From an uncultured Planctomycetota bacterium (GTDB taxonomy: Bacteria; Planctomycetota; Planctomycetia; Isosphaerales; Isosphaeraceae), in assembly GCA_963823665.1 (NCBI GenBank), contig CAWGMQ010000005.1:672001-736000 (forward strand): a stretch of 64,000 nt of DNA, given 5' to 3'. Every line of letters starts with the position of its first letter. Within the stretch, counting starts at the first letter, position 1. The notes beneath the pieces are model-generated. The model made no database searches. It had not been told where the DNA came from and saw only the letters and a program-made list of their open reading frames with translations. Positions 41,250 through 51,870 of this stretch are shown piece after piece. The position numbers and the translations under genes were made by a program.

Positions 41250-42005
41250 ATGTCGCAAGCGTTCGAGAACCGCGTGGCTCTGGTAACCGGCGGATCGCGC
41301 GGAATCGGCCGGGCAACCGCGCTGCGACTGGCAAGCGAGGGTGCTGACGTGGCGATCAGCTTCGCCTCGCGCACGCGTGACGCGGATGCGGTGGTTGGTG
41401 AGATCAAGGCTCTCGGGCGCAGGGCGATCAGCGTGGCTTGTAACGTCGCCAAGCCCGACGAGGTTGCCCGTCTGGTCGCCGAGACCAGAACGCAACTGGG
41501 GCCGATTGACCTTCTCGCCCACTGTGGTGCGATCAGCAACATTTGCGACCATTCCGAGCTGTCGTACGAATGCTGGCTCGAGACCATCGACGTCAACCTG
41601 AATGGTGCGTTCCTGGTCGTGTTCGCCGTCAAGGACGCCATGATCGCGCGGAAATTCGGGCGCATTGTGTTGATCTCGTCGGTGGCGGCGCTCCGGCCCC
41701 GGAAGATGCAGATTCACTACGCCTCGTCGAAGGCGGGCGTGATCGCACTCACACGCTGCTGCGCTGAGGCGTTTGCGCCCCACAACGTTCGTGTGAACTG
41801 TGTGGCCCCGGGATTGATCGAGACGGAGATGGCCCACGTTCTCTCGGAAGAGGCGATGAAGCGGATCGTGGCCGACACGCCGGTTGGGCGCATCGGCCAG
41901 CCGCCCGAGATCGCCTCGGTTGTCCGCTTTCTGTTGAGCGAGGAATCCAGCTTCATGACCGGCGAGACGCTCAGCGTCAGCGGGGGGCGAGTGACGTTGC
42001 CTTGA
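41250..42005 (+). CDS. Short-chain dehydrogenase/reductase
   Basis: TGGSRGIG, YASSK, VNCVAPG. Confidence 0.92.
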   Translation: MSQAFENRVALVTGGSRGIGRATALRLASEGADVAISFASRTRDADAVVGEIKALGRRAISVACNVAKPDEVARLVAETRTQLGPIDLLAHCGAISNICDHSELSYECWLETIDVNLNGAFLVVFAVKDAMIARKFGRIVLISSVAALRPRKMQIHYASSKAGVIALTRCCAEAFAPHNVRVNCVAPGLIETEMAHVLSEEAMKRIVADTPVGRIGQPPEIASVVRFLLSEESSFMTGETLSVSGGRVTLP

Positions 42006-42087
42006 GTTTGAAATGGAGCGCGGTAGAACTGGATTGTTCCCCTTCGGATCGGTGATTCCTTTTCTTTCCAGAGTCGAGGGCACACCC

Positions 42088-43209
42088 ATGAAACGACGGG
42101 ACTTCTTGAGCAATGCCGTGATCGCTGGTGCGACGCTCGGGCTTGGAGGCAGTCAATTGAAGGCCTCGCCGGGCGAGACCGCCAAGGCCGCGACCAAGTG
42201 GCGCGGCGTGAACCTGGGCGGCTGGCTGGTACTCGAGAAATGGATCACGCCCAGCCTGTACGCCGGCGTGCAGGCCGAGGATGAATACACTCTGTGCCAG
42301 ACACTCGGCAAAGCGAAGGCGACCGAGCGTCTTAAACGGCACCGCGAGACATGGGTCACCGCGAATGATTTCGAATGGCTGAAGGCCCGCGGCATCAACG
42401 CGGTGCGCATTCCTGTCACTTATGGAGTGACCGAGGAGAACCCGCCGTTCATCACGGGAATGGACACGCTCGACTGGGCGTTCCGGACGGCCAAGAAGTG
42501 TGGGATCAGCGTACTGCTGGACCTGCACGGAGTGCCCGGCAGCCAGAACGCGTGGGACCATAGCGGCCGCCAGGGAACGCTTGGCTGGCACACGAGCAAG
42601 GAGAACATCGACCACTCGCTGCGGATCGTCGGCGACCTCGCCTCGCGCTGCAAGGGCTATGAGAACCTGATTGGATTCGAGCTCTTGAACGAGCCGCGCT
42701 ATGACGTACCGCTTGATATCATCAAGCGCTTTTATCAGGATGGCTATCAGCGGGTGCGTGAGCATCTTCCGCCGGAGAAGTGCGCGGTCGTGATGCACGA
42801 CGCATTTCGACCGCGCGATTGGGCCCATTTCATGCCGGAGCCCGAGTACCAGAACGTGATCCTGGACACGCATCCTTACCAGTGTTTCACCGACGACGAT
42901 CGCAAGCGCGACCTGCACGGCCAGGTGCAGCACGCGCTCGTCGAGCGGAAGAAGCTGCTGGAAGACATCGAGCGGCAACTGCCGTGCCTGGTCGGCGAGT
43001 GGTCGTGCGCACTGCCGCCGCAGTCGTTGGGCGATCGCAAGGGCCTGGCGCTCGACTTGGCGATGCGGGCCTATGGCGGTGCTCAGTTGATCAACTATGA
43101 CACGACCAGGGGCTGGTTTTTCTGGACGCTCAAGACGGAGGAAGGGGGCGCCTGGAGCTTTCGGGACTGCGTGCTGCGCGGGTGGTTGCCGGAGGAATAT
43201 GGCGGGTGA
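42088..43209 (+). CDS. GH5 glycoside hydrolase (exo-beta-1,3-glucanase-like), Tat-exported
   Basis: MKRRDFL; RGVNLGGWLVLEKWI; LLNEP; VGEWS. Confidence 0.9.
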   Translation: MKRRDFLSNAVIAGATLGLGGSQLKASPGETAKAATKWRGVNLGGWLVLEKWITPSLYAGVQAEDEYTLCQTLGKAKATERLKRHRETWVTANDFEWLKARGINAVRIPVTYGVTEENPPFITGMDTLDWAFRTAKKCGISVLLDLHGVPGSQNAWDHSGRQGTLGWHTSKENIDHSLRIVGDLASRCKGYENLIGFELLNEPRYDVPLDIIKRFYQDGYQRVREHLPPEKCAVVMHDAFRPRDWAHFMPEPEYQNVILDTHPYQCFTDDDRKRDLHGQVQHALVERKKLLEDIERQLPCLVGEWSCALPPQSLGDRKGLALDLAMRAYGGAQLINYDTTRGWFFWTLKTEEGGAWSFRDCVLRGWLPEEYGG

Positions 43210-43261
43210 CGGGAGCATCGGCGATTCTGGATGAGCCCGGGGCTCGCTTCCGAAGAGGTCA

Positions 43262-43750
43262 TCAGGTCGCGAGCCCTGCCCATTGAAGGAGCCGGTAGCC
43301 AGACCAGAGCGCCGCGGGCACGGTGACCAGGAACAGGCTCAGAGCAAGCCCAACCTTGAAGAGCCTTGGGCCGAAGCGAGGAGACACGCCCTGCTCGATG
43401 CTCCGATAGGTTAGCTCCACAATCCATCCGAGAGTGTAGAGCGCGTTGGCAACAAACGGAGCCGCGATCAAGGCGAGCGGTTCGATCGCATCTTCCCACG
43501 GCTGGAGATGACCGCTGGTTGTGATCGCGGCGAAGAAGATGACCAGACAAACGGCGCCGTACGCCCCGATGATGAGATTGAACGGCAGGCGGCGGATCTC
43601 CCACCAGACGATGACTTCGTGGGGAGAGTCCGGATTCTTTGGACTTGAGAACAGCCAGGACGCGAAGCGCTTCGCCTCGGACTTGGCACCGAGCTCGACG
43701 TCCCGAACCGATGCGTGTGGGGCGGTCCAAGGACTACTGGAATCGGGCAT
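43262..43750 (-). CDS. Hypothetical membrane protein
   Basis: WWEIRRLPFN; 3 TM segments. Confidence 0.7.
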   Translation of the reverse strand: MPDSSSPWTAPHASVRDVELGAKSEAKRFASWLFSSPKNPDSPHEVIVWWEIRRLPFNLIIGAYGAVCLVIFFAAITTSGHLQPWEDAIEPLALIAAPFVANALYTLGWIVELTYRSIEQGVSPRFGPRLFKVGLALSLFLVTVPAALWSGYRLLQWAGLAT

Positions 43751-43859
43751 TGGAAACTCCGCGAACGCGTCTCGATCGCTCTTTCGCTTACCGAATCTAT
43801 CACACCGCGGCGTTTCAGGAACATCTGTCAGTGTATGGTTGTCGTTCGTTCGCCGATAT

Positions 43860-44603
43860 TCACGACCCCATTGCGTCGTAGTAGTGTTGGGGAACCGACT
43901 TGCCGCTCTGCTCGAGCCAGGCGGAGAACAGCATGTCTCGTGGGGTGCTCTTGAAGATCAGACAGTCTTCGAGGAATTCGAGATAGGACGCGAAGCTCTT
44001 GAAGACCTGGCGATCAACGATCTCCTGTCCGGGCGCATGATCGCTCTCCACTGCATGGGAGTCCTTGACGAAGATGATCGGGTAATCTCCGTGCTCATCG
44101 GGCCGTCGCGTGTCGAAGCAAAGCATGCCGCAAATCGCCGGTCCCTCGGTGAAGGGAATCAGCCAAGGGGCGGATTTGAATGGCGGTTGCTTCCGCCGGA
44201 CGGCACACCACTCAAGCCAGCCGAGCGGGTGACGGGGATCGATGTCGGGAAGCGTCCCTTCGTACAGATCCATGTAGAGCAAGCATTTGTAAGTCAGATA
44301 CGCTTTGAAGAGCGGAGGGAGCTTGGCTCCGAGGAAACGTTCGAAGCCATCGACCATCGCCTCGTCGATCGGGCTGTCGATTGGTTGCCAGGACGCGTCG
44401 CCCTCGGCGGCCGGGCGGCCGCAGAGCATTTCACCCGGCGCGACCCAGAAACGCAGGGCCTGGCCGGGCACTCTCTGCGCGAAAAAACACTCCGATTCGG
44501 ACAACACCGCCTGGACGGGGCGAAAGAAGACCGACTCCTGGAACAGCGAGATGAACTGTTCGATCCTCCGCCGGTGATCCGCGGAAATTGGCGTGCCTTG
44601 CAC
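43860..44603 (-). CDS. SMI1/KNR4 (SUKH) family protein
   Basis: FERFLGAKLPPLFKAYL, LCFDTRR..GDYPII. Confidence 0.7.
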   Translation of the reverse strand: MQGTPISADHRRRIEQFISLFQESVFFRPVQAVLSESECFFAQRVPGQALRFWVAPGEMLCGRPAAEGDASWQPIDSPIDEAMVDGFERFLGAKLPPLFKAYLTYKCLLYMDLYEGTLPDIDPRHPLGWLEWCAVRRKQPPFKSAPWLIPFTEGPAICGMLCFDTRRPDEHGDYPIIFVKDSHAVESDHAPGQEIVDRQVFKSFASYLEFLEDCLIFKSTPRDMLFSAWLEQSGKSVPQHYYDAMGS

Positions 44604-44606
44604 GTG

Positions 44607-45116
44607 TTAGTTGACCCTCGCACTTTCCGCGGCATTCTTTAGACTCGCTAGCGTATCGGCCAGCTCGGAGGTGATTTCAGCGTTACCTGGCCATCGTGCC
44701 CGAAGCTTCTCGTAGTTCTCCTTCGCCCGCTCTAGCCAACCAACCGCACGACCGTAATCGCGGCGTTTGAACAGCACATCTCCGAGCAGCTTCACGTTCC
44801 TGGTGAGCTGCCAGTCGACCTTCGCGTCGGCAGGTCGACCGATCGCGTCATAGTGGCGCTGGGTCTCCTTGATCGAATCTTCCAGGACTTGAACAGCTCG
44901 ATCATACTCGCCGTTGTTAATGCACGTCACCGAAGCCACGTAATCGTGGTACGAGTCGTCATCATAACCAGGGTCGGTGTGATACACGAACAATGCGTAA
45001 TACAATAAGAATAGCAATAGAATAATTACAACGCCGGCGGCGCCCCACATCATCTCGGTCCGCACAACCGCCTTGCGCCGGCCTGCGTGTTCGGTCGAAG
45101 GCTGCCCGGGATTCAT
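44607..45116 (-). CDS. Membrane-anchored TPR-like protein
   Basis: One TM helix; GEYDRAVQVLE, DYGRAVGWLERA. Confidence 0.65.
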   Translation of the reverse strand: MNPGQPSTEHAGRRKAVVRTEMMWGAAGVVIILLLFLLYYALFVYHTDPGYDDDSYHDYVASVTCINNGEYDRAVQVLEDSIKETQRHYDAIGRPADAKVDWQLTRNVKLLGDVLFKRRDYGRAVGWLERAKENYEKLRARWPGNAEITSELADTLASLKNAAESARVN

Positions 45117-45170
45117 GACGCTGATCCTGGAGGGCTGGTCCGGTCATTGAAGCAACCGAGCACAGAGCTT

Positions 45171-46219
45171 TTAGGCCTCGATACCGGGCAGCCAGCGGAG
45201 TGCGTTGTCGCGGAACAGTTTTCGAAGGACCCCTTCCGGCAAATCCAATCCCCGTGTCGGCTTGGCGTCGTATTCCATCGCGTCTGCACCGGAGAAAAAG
45301 GCCCAGTCGCGGTCGTGCACGCTCTTCAGAGACCGGGCAGCGGCCGCGGGTTCGGCCTCGCGAAGGGAGAAATCGGTGGCGTAGAGGATGCGGTCTTGAT
45401 AGCGAATGAGGAACTGCCGCACTTGCTCGCGATCGCCGCGCGCGAAGTAGCGAATGCGGGCCGCGGTGTCCACGGCGAAGTTCGGGTAAGTGTCGAGTCG
45501 CCTGGCTAACTCTTTCAGATCGTCTTCGTCGCTGCCGAGGTGACACCCGACCACGCGGAGCTTGGGCATGCTGGCAAGAACCCGGTCGCGGGCTTTCAAA
45601 ATGTCTTCCTTCACCGCTGCCCCGGTCTTGCCATACAGATGCCACTGCGGGTTAGCCGAATAGTAGCGGATCTCGGGATTCTTGGCGTCGAGCGGCAGCC
45701 ACGCGCCGTCCGGCTCGGCGAGGTGTGCCACCAGCGTTTTCCCTTCTTTCAGAATTGCCTCGTAGACGGGCCGAAGCGCGCGATCGTCGGGAAGAAGGTA
45801 TGCGCCCGATTTACCTTTGATCGACATTCCGATGTTCTTCCAGATCTTCACGGCGATCGCGCCATCCGCGAACGACTGCCGCAGGCTGGCGATCGTCTGC
45901 TCCGGGAATTCTGGTTTCTCAAAGCCGCGGGCGTCGAAGGTGGATGCCCAGGCCAATGTTCCATTGCTGTCCCGGGAAACCTTGGCCGTGGCGCGAGGCG
46001 CTCGGCGAGGTCAAACGTCTCATCACCGCTCGCGGGGCAAACGACGATGTCCAGACCGCGCCAGTTTGCCGCTTTAATTGCAGACAGAAGTGCGGGTGCA
46101 TCGCGGTGGATGTGGACGTGGGTGTCGATCCGCGTGAAGTCCGCAGTCGCGCTGGCGTTGGCTGCGCCCGCGAGCATTACTGGTGGTATCAATCGCAGGA
46201 CTTCTCTTCGCGTCCTCAT
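45171..46219 (-). CDS. Amidohydrolase-2 family protein with Tat-like signal (frameshifted ~45960-46005)
   Basis: IDTHVH, AVKIWK, CHLGS, RILYATD. Confidence 0.82.
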
Positions 46220-47190
46220 TGCGCCGCCTTTCGAGAGAGGATTTGCTGCCGGCATACCTTTATCCACTTCAAGCCAAGGACGACCAGTAAGCCGATCCCG
46301 GCCCCGAGTACAACCGCCATCACAGGGCCAAGGCTACCACCTCCGCTGATCACGAGCCACGGTCCCAGCGGCTGAGAGAGCGGCTCCAGCACTTTGGGGA
46401 TCCTTGCGAGGACCCATTGATCCGCGCCGGTAAAGACCGGAAATCTCCGGAACCAAGAGATCACCCAAGGATACAGGACACCACCGCCTGGACCGGCTGA
46501 CGTGAAGGTCCATGATGCATATCCGCTGTAATACGGCAACATCAGCAGCAGGGGCAGCAACCCGAGGTGAAGGCTCCATAGCCAGGCGCGCCTCTCGCCG
46601 CGCATCCACGGCCATAGAACAAATAAAATCAATCCAGCGAAGTAGGCGCTTTCACACACAATATTCAACCAGAACCGTCCCGCGCGGGCCCATCGTTCGT
46701 CGAATGCTTGATCTTCTGAAAGAGCGTACCGATACGCGGCTTCGCTCTTGGTGCGATTGGCTTTCAGCCGTTCCCCGTGGAGAAGCACGAGAAACTCCTC
46801 GGGGCTCAGCCTGGAAGGAGCTTGATCCTGCTCGAGAACCGCGACTGCCCATTTCACCCTGTTCGGTGGATCAGCATTGTCTCTTGCCGCCACCTTGATT
46901 TTGCGCAAAACTTCAGGGAAGTCGGCAACGGCTTGGCGGCGTGGCACACGAAAAAGAAATTGGGTGTGATAGCCCTGAATGTAGTAGATGTACCACCCGT
47001 CACGAGGTTGGTAGAATCCGCCCATGGGGCCCTCACTCTGGCCTCCCAAGTCAACGCCGCACGCTCGCATCCAAAAGGCGGACGAGCTTCCCTCTTTTAC
47101 CGGCGATGTGGATCGAGCGAAGTAAAGGACTGCGCCAACTGATGCCAGCATCGCCAGGCAGGCGACCAGTTGCTTGATGCCGACGGGCAT
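46216..47190 (-). CDS. Hypothetical membrane protein
   Basis: N-terminal TM plus several C-terminal TM segments; stop overlaps the next start. Confidence 0.65.
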   Translation of the reverse strand: MPVGIKQLVACLAMLASVGAVLYFARSTSPVKEGSSSAFWMRACGVDLGGQSEGPMGGFYQPRDGWYIYYIQGYHTQFLFRVPRRQAVADFPEVLRKIKVAARDNADPPNRVKWAVAVLEQDQAPSRLSPEEFLVLLHGERLKANRTKSEAAYRYALSEDQAFDERWARAGRFWLNIVCESAYFAGLILFVLWPWMRGERRAWLWSLHLGLLPLLLMLPYYSGYASWTFTSAGPGGGVLYPWVISWFRRFPVFTGADQWVLARIPKVLEPLSQPLGPWLVISGGGSLGPVMAVVLGAGIGLLVVLGLKWIKVCRQQILSRKAAQ

Positions 47191-47347
47191 GACTTTGGCT
47201 CTGCACGTGCGGATTGAACTTGCCGCGGGAATGGCGCGGATCAATGCGGTGGAGCGACTTTCATGCAAACCGCGCGCATATCGGGGATAATGCACACTGT
47301 TGAGTGTAGCGTGACGATCAATAGTCAGACACCGGGATTCCGACCCA

Positions 47348-47944
47348 ATGCCGGCTGAGCCGCACACGATCCGCCAGGAAATCCATGGCGTGGCAATTTT
47401 CATTGGCGCCATCTGGGCTGTTTTCCTCGCGAGCTGGGTCTTCCCCGGCATCGACAACTACGGCGTTCTTCCGCGGAGGATGATCGGCCTCGTGGGCATC
47501 CCGGCCATGCCGTTTCTGCACGCCAATCTTGCGCACATTCTCAGCAACACCGTGCCGTTGTTCGTCTTGCTCATCCTCCTGGCCGGGTCGCGGGCCGAGT
47601 CGTGGGAGGTGGTCGTTCTCATCACGCTGCTCGGCGGCCTGCTGCTCTGGATCTTCGGCCGCGAGGCGATTCACATCGGGGCGAGCGGACTGATTTCCGG
47701 GCTCGGCGCGTTTCTCATGCTTTCGGGATTTCTGGAGCGCCGGATCATCCCGCTCTTGATCGCACTGCTGGTCGGTTTCTTCTACGGCGGTGCGCTTGTA
47801 GCCGGGATGATCCCCCGGATCGGCTCGCAAGTCTCATGGGACGGCCACCTCTGCGGCGCGATCGCGGGCGGGCTTGTCGCCATCGCGCTGGCGCGCGCGT
47901 CGAAGCCGCCTTCAGAAGCAGCCCGCCTCAATTCGTCCGTCTGA
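47348..47944 (+). CDS. Rhomboid intramembrane serine protease
   Basis: HANLAHILSN, HIGASG, SWDGHLCG. Confidence 0.9.
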   Translation: MPAEPHTIRQEIHGVAIFIGAIWAVFLASWVFPGIDNYGVLPRRMIGLVGIPAMPFLHANLAHILSNTVPLFVLLILLAGSRAESWEVVVLITLLGGLLLWIFGREAIHIGASGLISGLGAFLMLSGFLERRIIPLLIALLVGFFYGGALVAGMIPRIGSQVSWDGHLCGAIAGGLVAIALARASKPPSEAARLNSSV

Positions 47945-49340
47945 CGACGCCGGTCTCGATCAGTCTGGGGGCTCGCGGGGTTTCTTCGGATTGGGTCTCG
48001 CCCAGGATCTCGTCGATCGCACGGCCGGACGCGTGTTCCAGCGAGATGCCGAGCATACGCGCGATCGTCGGCGCCACGTCGATGTTGGCGATCGTGGAGA
48101 GTTTCGTGCCGCGCTTGATGCCTGCACCCGCGGCCACGAAGATCGCGTTCATCTTGGGCTCGGTCGAGAGAAACCCATGAGCTCCAGCCGTCGGGATCTC
48201 ATTCGGTACGACCAGATCATCACCTCTGGAATCCAGGCTGAACGCAAAGCCTTCTTTTGCAGCCAGAACGAGGTCGCCCATCGCGGGGTTCTCGCTCGGC
48301 TGGGGAAGGTGATAACGGGGGTAGTCCTTCGGCTCGATCACGGCGGAGATTCCCTCTGCGCCGCGAAACAAGCGGATCACCGTTTCTCGGTCAGCCTGGG
48401 CCCTCGAGGGATCGGTGAGGTAGACCATGGCGATGCCCCCTTCGGCGACCGCAAGCGCGTATGCCTGATTTGACCCGGCCGCCCTCCGACGTTCAACAGC
48501 CCGTGACGGCGCAAGATCGCGTTGGGCCTGAGGGACTTGGGCGCGGCGACGAACCCGTGATCGGCGACGATGAACACGGCGGTCTGGCCGCGAACGCCGG
48601 CATCGTCGAGAGCATCGAGAACGCGGCCGACGTTGGCATCATTGGCCGCGGCCGCGGCGTAGCCCGGAGGCGACTTCGGGCCATAACGATGGTGGACGGT
48701 GTCGACGTTATTCAGGTGCAGGGCCAGGAATCGCGGCATCCGGTCGCTTGATCACGTGACACGCGGCTTCGGTCCAGATTTCGTCCTGGACCATGTCGTT
48801 GCCCCACTTGAAGCGCTCGATCAACCCCATGCGCGCCAGCTCGTCTTTGAGCCTGGGAGTGGTATGCGCGAGAGGCCCCGGGACATCGGGGAAATTGTCG
48901 TCGATCGATTTCGACCCGCGGGTGCATGGCCAGTTGATCGCCGCGGATCGATGGCCGGCCTGCTTGAGGACGTCAAACAAAAGCGGCACGCGCACCAGCT
49001 CGTACTGGCTCTTCGAGGTAAAGTACTCGACAAGCTGGCCGGGCCCGCGCCGCTGCAATAGCCCGTTGAACAGCACGCCGTGGCGATCGGCGTGGCATCC
49101 CGTGACGAGGCTCGTCTGGTTGGGCCACGTGATCGAAGGGTCGGAGACAGTCATGCCTGCTTCGGCCGCGACTCCTTCCCTGGCGAGGCCGCGAATCACG
49201 GGGAGTGAAGCCTGCGGGTCGTCGAGAAGATAGGCAGGCAAGCCGTCGATCAGGATCATCACGACATGCCGGTCGTCGGAGCGGGCGGGATCAGGAAGTG
49301 CGGTGAGCAAGAGAGCCGCAAGTGCCAGGACATTGAACAT
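47928..49340 (-). CDS. Alkaline-phosphatase-superfamily nucleotide pyrophosphatase/phosphodiesterase (frameshifts ~48740 and ~48460)
   Basis: IDGL, PSITWPN, DTVHH, ADHG, GAHG, NIDVAPT. Confidence 0.85.
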
Positions 49341-49666
49341 CGGGGGCACCCTCCTTCGTGCGATTCGAGCCGTTCGCCCTTCCGATCGACCTCGCGCATG
49401 GGCCAATTCACGTCGAACGTCAGGCTCGTGGGCCTATTCCTTGAAGACACCCGGAATTGGGCGACACTATAACAACTGGATGTAGAGCGGGAATGAAGTC
49501 GCGTTGAAGGTTTGCCGAAGATTTGGAGTTTGAGCTTGCCCTCCGGAGGCGGAAATCTTAGAAGAATTCACGAGCGGGATGGCTGGCCGCACCGAAACAC
49601 GCTTTGGTGGATGTGCCGCCCCACGAGTGACTGCCATCCAGCCTGTCGAGGAAGTCGGGGGTAACG

Positions 49667-50438
49667 ATGGCCGTGGCGTTGGAACCGATTTGTGCCAGGG
49701 AAGCGCAGTGCAAGTGCTGCGGGGCTCCGGCTTCGCTGTACGGGCTTCTCGATTTCAACAAGAACTGCGAGATCTACCGGAAGAATGCGCTCGGTATCTC
49801 CGGCGTGCCGATCTACTACCACCGCTGCCCGGAGTGCTGGTTCATTTTCACAACCGCGTTTGATCAGTTCTCGAAGGACGATTTTGAGCGCCATGTCTAT
49901 AACGATCAGTATCTGCTCATTGATCCTGACTTCCAGGAGGCGCGTCCGAGACACAACGCGACGATCGTGGGTCAATTGCTGGCCCAGGCCAAGCCCGCGC
50001 GTATTCTCGATTACGGCGGGGGCAACGGCAAACTGGCCGAGCTATTGCGCGACAATGGGTTTTCCGACGTGACGACCTTCGACCCCTTTGTGCCGCGATT
50101 CGAACAAAAACCCGATGGCCGTTTCGACTGCGTGATCTGCTTCGAGGTACTCGAGCATTCCACGGAGCCGGCCCAAACGCTGAGTGACATCACCGCGCAT
50201 GCTGACGGATACGGGAATCATCCTCCTCTCCACCCTGCTGCAGCCCGATGATATCGACAGCCAGGGGCTGGCCTGGTGGTACGCTGCCCCGAGGAATGCC
50301 CACGTTTCTCTTTATTCAGCGGCGAGCCTGGAACGGCTCGCCCGGCGAGCGGGATTTCAAGTCCATTCCCTCGATCAGAGCTACCACGTGTTTTATCGGC
50401 ACAACGCGGCGCTGGTGAGCCCGTCGGCGCCATCGTGA
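49667..50438 (+). CDS. Class I SAM-dependent methyltransferase with Cys-rich N-terminus (frameshift ~50205)
   Basis: CKCC..CPEC; ILDYGGGNG; FEVLEH; PRNAHVS. Confidence 0.85.
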
Positions 50439-50494
50439 GCAAGATGGGCAACTCGATATTCTCGCGCCGCAATTGATCTCGTACGATGGCGATC

Positions 50495-51425
50495 ATGTCG
50501 AAGCACCTTGATCATGATCCACTCACGTTCCGCTTGCTCTACAAGAGCCCGCTTGTCAGCGTGCGCGATTACCGCTGCCGCGCCTGCCGCGGCGGGCCGG
50601 GAGCCGAGGAGTATAGCGACAGCAACGACATCGTCCTGTTGCGTCACGGCGCTTTCTGCAAACACTTCGGGAGCCGCCGCATCACCGCCGACGTGAACCA
50701 AGCCATCTACTTCTCGCAGGGCTCGGCGTATCGCGTGAGCCATCCGGCCAAGTGCGGCGACCGCGGGACGACCTTTGCCATCGCGCCGCGAGTGCTCTCC
50801 GACATCATCCGTGAGCTTGATCCGTCGATCGACGATCACGCCGAGAGGCCCTTTCCATTCGTGAACGGCCCGTGCGAGCCCGCCAACTTCTGGCAGCACC
50901 GGGAGCTGGTGCTCCGGCTTGAAGCCGCGGGCAATCATCCGCTTGAACACCTGTGGGCGGACGTCACGGCGCTTCAGCTCATCGCAAACGTCCTCGAGGC
51001 CGCGTTCGAGCGACACAGCGGGCCGCGAAAGCAGTGCCGACGGCGCACGGGAACCGATGCCGATCACATCGAGCGGGTCGAGGCGGCCAAGACTTACCTC
51101 GCAGCGCGGCTGTCAGAGCGGATCACGCTGGACGAAGTGGCGCAGGCGGTGCACGCCTCACCGTTTCATCTGGCTCGCGTTTTTCAGCAGCGAACGGGAG
51201 TTCCGGTTCATCGCTACTTGACCCGACTGCGGCTGCGCGCGTCGCTCGAGCGGCTATCGGGGGGTGCGAACGATTTGACCGCGCTGGCGCTCGAATCAGG
51301 GTTTCTCGAGCCACAGTCATTTCGCCGATGCGTTCCGCCGTGAGTTCGGGCGCACGCCCCGCGATGTGCGCCGGGAAGCGGGCAGCCGGTGGTATCGCGA
51401 AGTGAGCAAGAATCTGGAAGTCTAG
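50495..51425 (+). CDS. AraC-family transcriptional regulator (frameshift ~51300)
   Basis: SPFHLARVF, then FSSHSHFADAFRREFGRTP in the shifted frame. Confidence 0.88.
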
Positions 51426-51515
51426 AATCTCGCGCGGGCCTAGGATGTCTTCACGAGCAACAGCCGCGGGCGCCGCGGCGGCTCGAACATTCGACTCGTC
51501 TTACGGGGTTCTCTG

Positions 51516-51650
51516 ATGAAGACGAAGAAGTGCCCGGTGTGCGACTGGGAGATCACGGACGGCGGGATCAAGGTCAAGGTCGGTGAGAAGGAGATCACGG
51601 TCTGTTGCGACGACTGTGCCAAGAAGGCAATGGAGAGCACGAGTAAGTAG
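51516..51650 (+). CDS. 44-aa Cys-rich TRASH/YHS-like metal-binding microprotein (absent from the ORF track)
   Basis: Manual translation: MKTKKCPVCDWEITDGGIKVKVGEKEITVCCDDCAKKAMESTSK*. Confidence 0.75.
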   Translation: MKTKKCPVCDWEITDGGIKVKVGEKEITVCCDDCAKKAMESTSK

Positions 51651-51870
51651 TGTGCCGCGATGGGGCCCCGGCCGTCTCGAGCGAATTCGAGTAGCGGTGG
51701 GGCCCGACACTCGCGGCGAGCCTCAAGAAAATGGCCGGAAAGGAATTCTCGCGCGAAGCGATGGTCACGAGGAAATTCCGATCTCCCGTGGCCGATTTCA
51801 TGGTCATCGCACGGGGACCAGCAGCCTGGGAATGACGATCGCGTCGATCGCCGGCTTGGGAGGGGTCTTG

